DNA of 64,000 nucleotides from Candidatus Poribacteria bacterium (GTDB lineage Bacteria; Poribacteria; WGA-4E; WGA-3G): NCBI GenBank assembly GCA_965205065.1, contig CBDBFT010000001.1, positions 1,817,782 to 1,881,781 of the forward strand, read 5' to 3'. Shown piece by piece: positions 58,929 to 64,000 of this stretch (position 1 is its first letter; each line of letters starts with the position of its first letter). The notes under the pieces were generated by a model. It saw only the letters and a program-made list of their open reading frames with translations, ran no database searches and was not told where the DNA came from. The position numbers and the translations under genes were made by a program.

Positions 58929-60299
58929 TTATGTAAAGAAAGGTTGCGTTTCACCTTCCTGAAACGACTGTTCAAGCCACGGATCCTTCGTCTTCTGTCT
59001 GAATTCAATCACCTTACGTCGCATTTCATTGGCAATATCTTGCAATGCGGGCTCATCAATCAGGTTATTAGATTCAGCGGGATCCTTCTCCATATCAAAC
59101 AGTGCTTCACGACTTTGATGGACAAAGTCCTTTCGCTGTCGTTCACCCAGTTCTTGTATGTTGTCATTTCGCACTGCTGTCCATGAGATAGAACGAAATA
59201 GATCGCTCGGTAGCGGTGTTTCTAACTGATATGCCAAATTGCGAACATATTTATACCTGCGACCACGTAATACACGATACGGATAGTAATTGGTTACTTC
59301 GTGGAAGCAGTGAGAGAAGTAGGTTTCCTCCCATTGACCATCCCCTGGATGCGGACTGTCATCTTCTAATACCGGAAGGAGCGACCTGCCTGGGAGAGCT
59401 TCTTCTCCGCCGGGGTGTTCAACACCGCACCATTCCAATATAGTCGGACAGAAATCAACCCAATTGACAAGTGCTTGATTCCGTATGCCACGTTTCTGTT
59501 GTGTTGGACTTGCAATAAGTAGCGGACAGTGGTGTCCACTATCAAAACTGGACGCTTTTGCACCAGGGAACGGCATTGCATGGTCTGTCGTCACAAAAAC
59601 AAGTGTTTCATCTGCGCGACCAGAAGCATCAAGCGTGTCTAATGCTGCACCAACCACAGCATCCCAACGGGACACACTTTCGTAATAATCAGCCAGGTCA
59701 TCACGGACCGCGGGGACATCCGGTAGGAAATTCGGAACAGTAATCTCATCGGGTGCGTAAGAACCCGGTTCAATACCTGCATGTTCCCGGTCATTTCCAA
59801 ATCCCTTGCCTGCACGATGCGGATAGGTACAGCCAATATGCAAGTAAAAGGGTGTATCCACATTTTGTGAAAGGAATTCGTCAACCTTCTCAGCAACCGA
59901 TACCGGACTTCTCGGATTTACTTTCGGTTCGTAATCAAAAGGGTAAACACTTTTCGGTTCAACGTGCTTTTTTCCGATACATGCTGTAGCAAATCCGTGT
60001 GCCTTTAAAATCTTAGGCACGGATTGCATGTTTTCATGTGTCCGGAAACCGTGAATTCCGTGGCAGTGTCCATATTGTCCATGTGTATGGCTATGTTGTC
60101 CTGTTAGAATACATGCCCGGCTGACAGCACAAGAAGGACTGGTACAGAATCCGTAGTCAAAAACAACGCCGCGTTCAGCGAATTCGTCAATACGCGGTGT
60201 TCTGATGACTTCATCACCGTAACACCGTGCAATACGACTCCAATCATCGGCTATAACAAACATAACATTCTTAAAGTCTTTGTTCATAATTTCCTTCAC
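58929..60299 (-). CDS. Sulfatase (arylsulfatase family)
   Basis: N-terminal NVMFVIADDW and an active-site region CTSPSCAVSRACILTGQ (C/S-x-P-x-R-like) plus a GHCHG metal-binding region. Confidence 0.7.
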   Translation of the reverse strand: MKEIMNKDFKNVMFVIADDWSRIARCYGDEVIRTPRIDEFAERGVVFDYGFCTSPSCAVSRACILTGQHSHTHGQYGHCHGIHGFRTHENMQSVPKILKAHGFATACIGKKHVEPKSVYPFDYEPKVNPRSPVSVAEKVDEFLSQNVDTPFYLHIGCTYPHRAGKGFGNDREHAGIEPGSYAPDEITVPNFLPDVPAVRDDLADYYESVSRWDAVVGAALDTLDASGRADETLVFVTTDHAMPFPGAKASSFDSGHHCPLLIASPTQQKRGIRNQALVNWVDFCPTILEWCGVEHPGGEEALPGRSLLPVLEDDSPHPGDGQWEETYFSHCFHEVTNYYPYRVLRGRRYKYVRNLAYQLETPLPSDLFRSISWTAVRNDNIQELGERQRKDFVHQSREALFDMEKDPAESNNLIDEPALQDIANEMRRKVIEFRQKTKDPWLEQSFQEGETQPFFT

Positions 60300-60681
60300 T
60301 TTAGTTTAAAAGCATCATCACTCAAGAACCGACCAAACGATAGTATTATATAGAATATGACTGAAAATTGCAAACCCTTTGATGAAACATTCAGGAATAA
60401 ACCTGAAATACTGGCAGGACGCACAAGATAGGCTTGTGATAAGATATCTTGTTAGGCGTATATAGAGTTTCTAAAGTGTTGAGAACGTTCTTAACGATCT
60501 TTATCCTTTGTATTCAGACACACCACACCACATGTATCACTTACTCAACTCGGCAGTGATGCCCAATGTTGGCTACTATCATCTTGAGAACTGACGGATC
60601 GTTGTTTTTAATAGTATTCCATTTACCCTTTCTTACCGAATTATGTATTTTTTGAGAAAACGCAATTTTTGTAATTTTAAC

Positions 60682-60711
60682 TTGACAAAGAACGTTTAAT
60701 AGTGTTAAAAT
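60682..60711 (+). promoter_or_regulatory. Candidate sigma70 promoter (TTGACA, 18 bp, TAAAAT) driving the structured direct repeats and the DUF3800 gene
   Basis: TTGACA at 60682..60687, TAAAAT at 60706..60711; ~40 bp upstream of repeat copy 1. Confidence 0.35.
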
Positions 60712-60752
60712 AAAAAATCACGATCTAAAGTGATCAGATGATTCAAATTTTG

Positions 60753-61075
60753 GTGAAGTAGGTCATTGATCTTTAGAGAGTACCGACTCTATTCGCCAGA
60801 GGATCACCGAGTCCTCAAAAAATGAGGGATGCGTTGATAACGCCTTGAGAGTACCGACTCTACCTCCAAAGAGCAATAGCAAATTAAGAGGGGAAATAAT
60901 TTTCCCCTCTCATATCTTGTATTCCAATTTACAATCGGTGAAGTAGGTCATTGATCTTTAGAGAGTACCGACTCTGTTCGCCAGAGGATTACCGAGTCCT
61001 CAAAAACTAAGGGTGCCTTTATAATGCTTTGAGAGTACCGACTCTACCTTCCACTATTTATTAGTGGAACGACTT
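60753..61075 (+). repeat. Two ~135-bp direct repeats (60753..60888 and 60937..61072) with conserved GAGAGTACCGACTCT boxes and internal hairpins; copy 1 ends in a terminator-like stem (GAGGGG-AAATAATTTT-CCCCTC)
   Basis: Copies are ~85% identical, with divergence concentrated in predicted loop/3' regions. The box AGAGTACCGACTCT occurs four times. Hairpin GAGGATCACCGAGTCCTC appears in both copies. Copy 2 runs directly into the ribosome-binding site / ATG of the DUF3800 gene. Confidence 0.8.
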
Positions 61076-61085
61076 GGGTTAAAAA

Positions 61086-61922
61086 ATGCCAACATGGTGT
61101 ATCTATATAGATGAAGCAGGGGTTGACGAGCTTAGTCCTCAATTCATTTATGCTACTATTTGTGTTCCTTTTAATTACCAACAAAACTTCTTAGAGTCTT
61201 ACCCTAAAATTGTTAATCCTTTGGTGGGTACTTCTGGTAAGGAGATAAAATATGGAGGACTTCTTAATACCCTTGATAAAGACTATAAAGAGGAAATCGC
61301 ACAAGTATGCCAGTCGTTATTAGAGCATTTTCTTCAGATTGAAGATGCTCAGATTATTCGAGTAAAAGCGATAAGAAAACAGATGCAACTAAAAGAAAAT
61401 AATGATCTCCGCATAGCTCTCTTTAGAAAAACACTTTTGCTCTGTAAGGATTGTTTAGACCCTGATCACCAAGTTATGATTTTGCATGACGAATTACCAG
61501 ACCGAAAGCAACAGCACGCCTTGCTGAATACGTTCAATTATTTCAATACAGATCTAAGTTTTCAAAACTGTGTCTTTGTCCATTCTAATGAAAATCCGTT
61601 CATGCAGTTTGCTGATTTCGTTGCTTCCATCTGCTATAGATATTATTACTTTCAAAAAGCAGAATATAAGAATAAAAAACGTTGTAAATCATTAGTAAAG
61701 TCGTTATTTGAGGCAATAGATGATCACAGTCTTCCTATTGTTGAACTCTCCGAATATACGGGTGTTGAAGGTAACCAGCGAAAAAAGGAAGCAGTACAAC
61801 TCACTAGAGAATACAAAATTGATATTGCTACCGCTTACCAAATAGTAGATGGGAAGTTTACGCTTACCGAAGTGATGCGGCGAAAACAAGCGCGCAACAT
61901 CCACAGAACACAGAGAAAATGA
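61086..61922 (+). CDS. DUF3800-family protein
   Basis: N-terminal CIYIDEAGVD (DUF3800 'YIDESG' motif) and HSNENPFMQFADFVASI (ENS...QlADl motif). Confidence 0.6.
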   Translation: MPTWCIYIDEAGVDELSPQFIYATICVPFNYQQNFLESYPKIVNPLVGTSGKEIKYGGLLNTLDKDYKEEIAQVCQSLLEHFLQIEDAQIIRVKAIRKQMQLKENNDLRIALFRKTLLLCKDCLDPDHQVMILHDELPDRKQQHALLNTFNYFNTDLSFQNCVFVHSNENPFMQFADFVASICYRYYYFQKAEYKNKKRCKSLVKSLFEAIDDHSLPIVELSEYTGVEGNQRKKEAVQLTREYKIDIATAYQIVDGKFTLTEVMRRKQARNIHRTQRK

Positions 61923-62021
61923 CGATAAGATCAGAACCTGTTCATGATGATGTACTTTGATCTATTTTGGCTGTTTTCTACTGTCTTTATCAACCCGTTC
62001 ACTTGATACTTTCCAAGAAAA

Positions 62022-62268
62022 TGAACTTTGACCCTATCAAATTAGAACTTTATAAAAACAAACTTACTTCTATACCGGAAGATATGGGTGTGACTTTGCA
62101 GCGAACAGCTTTTTCCCTGAGCATCAAAGAACGTCTTGATTTCTCGTGTGCTGTTTTTGATGCTTCATGACAAATGATAGCCCAAACGGCACATATACCT
62201 GTCCAATTGGGTTCAATGCCACTATCCGTTTTGGCTGCTAATGAAATTCAACTAAAGAACTTATAGAG
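62022..62268 (+). pseudogene. hyuB: Remnant of a hydantoinase B/oxoprolinase (hyuB) gene: ~80 codons with a frameshift, then truncated
   Basis: [49 protein letters not shown] is the HyuB N-terminus. After a stop, the next frame continues ..MIAQTAHIPVQLGSMPLSVLAANEIQLKNL (HyuB 'AQxxHIPVHLGSMP' motif). The remainder of the ~520-aa gene is absent. Confidence 0.6.
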
Positions 62269-62274
62269 AAAGCG

Positions 62275-64000
62275 ATGGATTACACACAACTCCCACTACC
62301 ACAACAACTAAAGGATGAAATTCATCAGATTCTATCAAAGGCTAATGAAAATGGATACGATTTTGATGATGACGCAATATACCGTAATCTCAATGAACTT
62401 ACGACAGATGATCCATACACACAGTCCACTTTTGCCCACATTGCCATTCCTCTAATAAATGCATGCCTTAACGCACCAAATCCAGTTGCATCACTAAACA
62501 ACTTTTCACGGTTCGCTGTGGTGACATTCAGTCGGAACTGGTTATATAAACTACTGCATGATGCACCTTTTCTAATGCCTACAATAACGCATGTTTTTGG
62601 CGCGTCTACTTACCTGTCTGAAATCTTGATACGGAATCCAATTTATCTATACGATGTCATTGATGCAAACGTAATGGAAAACAAGAAAACAGGTCAAGGC
62701 ATGTACGCTGAACTCGCAAGAACACTCAATTGGTTCAATGACATTAACCAAAAACTCCGGATCCTCCGACGCTATAAAAGACGCGAAACCCTTAGAATCG
62801 CAATTCGCGACCTATTAAATACCTCAGATGTTGAAACTACCACCCTGGAGATGAGTAACTTAGCCGAAGCTACGTTACAACACTGCTACGAAATAGGACA
62901 GGAACAAGTCGTGATACCTAAGTTCGGAACACCACGGAATGAAGAAGGTACTGAGCCGTGCCGTTTTGCGATTATAGCCATGGGGAAATTTGGAGGATAT
63001 GAACTGAACTTTAGCTCCGATATTGACCTAATATTTGTTTACTCCGACGAAGGGAAAACTGATAAAGGGGTTGACAACAGTGAATACTACGCACGATTGT
63101 GTGAGTTTATTATCAACGCAATGAGTGAAGTTACCTCTGATGGTTATGTGTTTCGCGTAGATATCCGATTGCGACCCGAAAGTAGTGCCGGCGTCATAAT
63201 CAGATCAATGGAAAGTTATGAAAGTTATTACGAAGGATGGGGAGACCTATGGGAACGGCAAGCACTCATTAAAGCACGACCCGTCGCAGGAGACCTGGAT
63301 TTTGGAGATGAATTTATCCGCATGATACACCCTTTCGTCTACCAACGCTATTTAGATGGGGTGACATTGAACGAGATAAAGGTTGATATCAGGAAAACAA
63401 AAGAACGGATTGAACAACGAATCGTTAATGAGAAAACGGATATTGACAAGCACGTTAAACTTGGACCCGGAGGAATACGAGACATTGAATTTACTATACA
63501 GTGCCTGCAAATGATACATGGAGGACGACTAAAATCATTGTGCACCCAAAATACATTGGAAACACTGCAATCGTTAAAGGCAAATGAACTGTTGAATCAT
63601 AACGATGCTGATACCTTAATCAATGCTTATAAGTTTCTCAGAAAGGTAGAGAATGCAATACAGATTGAAGCCGACCAACAACGTTACGCAATTCCGGCAA
63701 AGGAGAATGAGGAGATACAGTTAGCAAAAACGTTAGGGTATATGGACGAACCACTTGACGCATTCCGCCAAGAATACAATAAACATACTTCAGAAGTCCG
63801 TCGCATTTTTGAGAAAGTCATGGATGTACAAGAACCTGATCAACTGGATATACCCGTACTTCTAAGTCAAGACGATTCTGAGGAAATTGAACAGCAATTG
63901 AGTAAATTCGGCTTTGAAAATCCCCGTGACGCACAACGACTCTTGCGACACCTCGCAAACGGTAGTGATGGACAACAGTTCTCCCCATCCGTCAGACGCA
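62275..64000 (+). CDS. glnE: Glutamine synthetase adenylyltransferase/adenylyl-removing enzyme, 5' part (continues beyond the window)
   Basis: ATG at 62275 (MDYTQLPLPQQ...). GlnE nucleotidyltransferase motif FAIIAMGKFGGYELNFSSDIDLIFVY and downstream ...DIRLRPESSAG. No + strand stop-bounded ORF is listed after 62170, consistent with one long frame running off the edge. Confidence 0.7.
   Translation, partial: MDYTQLPLPQQLKDEIHQILSKANENGYDFDDDAIYRNLNELTTDDPYTQSTFAHIAIPLINACLNAPNPVASLNNFSRFAVVTFSRNWLYKLLHDAPFLMPTITHVFGASTYLSEILIRNPIYLYDVIDANVMENKKTGQGMYAELARTLNWFNDINQKLRILRRYKRRETLRIAIRDLLNTSDVETTTLEMSNLAEATLQHCYEIGQEQVVIPKFGTPRNEEGTEPCRFAIIAMGKFGGYELNFSSDIDLIFVYSDEGKTDKGVDNSEYYARLCEFIINAMSEVTSDGYVFRVDIRLRPESSAGVIIRSMESYESYYEGWGDLWERQALIKARPVAGDLDFGDEFIRMIHPFVYQRYLDGVTLNEIKVDIRKTKERIEQRIVNEKTDIDKHVKLGPGGIRDIEFTIQCLQMIHGGRLKSLCTQNTLETLQSLKANELLNHNDADTLINAYKFLRKVENAIQIEADQQRYAIPAKENEEIQLAKTLGYMDEPLDAFRQEYNKHTSEVRRIFEKVMDVQEPDQLDIPVLLSQDDSEEIEQQLSKFGFENPRDAQRLLRHLANGSDGQQFSPSVRR

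Overview
This is an AT-rich (~41% GC) bacterial chromosomal segment. Gene content (sulfatase, WD40/TPR/C-type-lectin proteins, TonB-dependent uptake genes, glnE) points to a free-living Gram-negative organism, but I cannot assign a lineage from sequence alone.

The left ~22 kb (1..21985) reads as a dense defence island. It contains: (i) a very large protein with an N-terminal FRG-like domain followed by roughly 1,200 aa of TPR repeats, running off the left edge; (ii) a translationally overlapping SIR2-family gene plus NACHT-like STAND NTPase gene, which looks like a split Avs5-like NLR module; (iii) a co-oriented four-gene block: SNF2 helicase with a C-terminal DUF3883-like nuclease domain, a 356-aa protein with a HEPN-like RNx3H motif, a DUF1156 DPPY DNA methyltransferase and a DUF499 (BrxC/PglY-like) ATPase. 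This block resembles the computationally predicted BREX-related helicase-methylase-ATPase system with an extra putative RNase gene; (iv) an IS1-family element with an A-run frameshift site, inserted into a 31-bp tandem-repeat array.

The rest of the window is mostly housekeeping and transport: cydB, katG, an MFS transporter, a TlpA-like thioredoxin protein, a WD40 protein, two C-type-lectin proteins, a TonB / TonB-dependent-receptor locus, argG, hisA, ABC transporter genes, a MoxR ATPase, a sulfatase and the 5' part of glnE.

This region is unusually rich in repeats. There are two spacerless tandem arrays (31-bp x9 and 37-bp x8) with dispersed solo copies, REP-like palindromes in inverted pairs, a ~240-bp polypyrimidine heptad tract upstream of katG, and heptamer 'ATCCGCG' clusters flanking an orphan hicB-like gene.

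Other oddities are a partial argG duplication carrying an internal deletion, a 5'-truncated methyltransferase gene, a full-length EF-Tu paralogue with degenerate G3/G4 motifs, a DUF2971 cassette, a hyuB remnant, and two ~135-bp structured direct repeats with a sigma70-like promoter immediately upstream of a DUF3800 gene.
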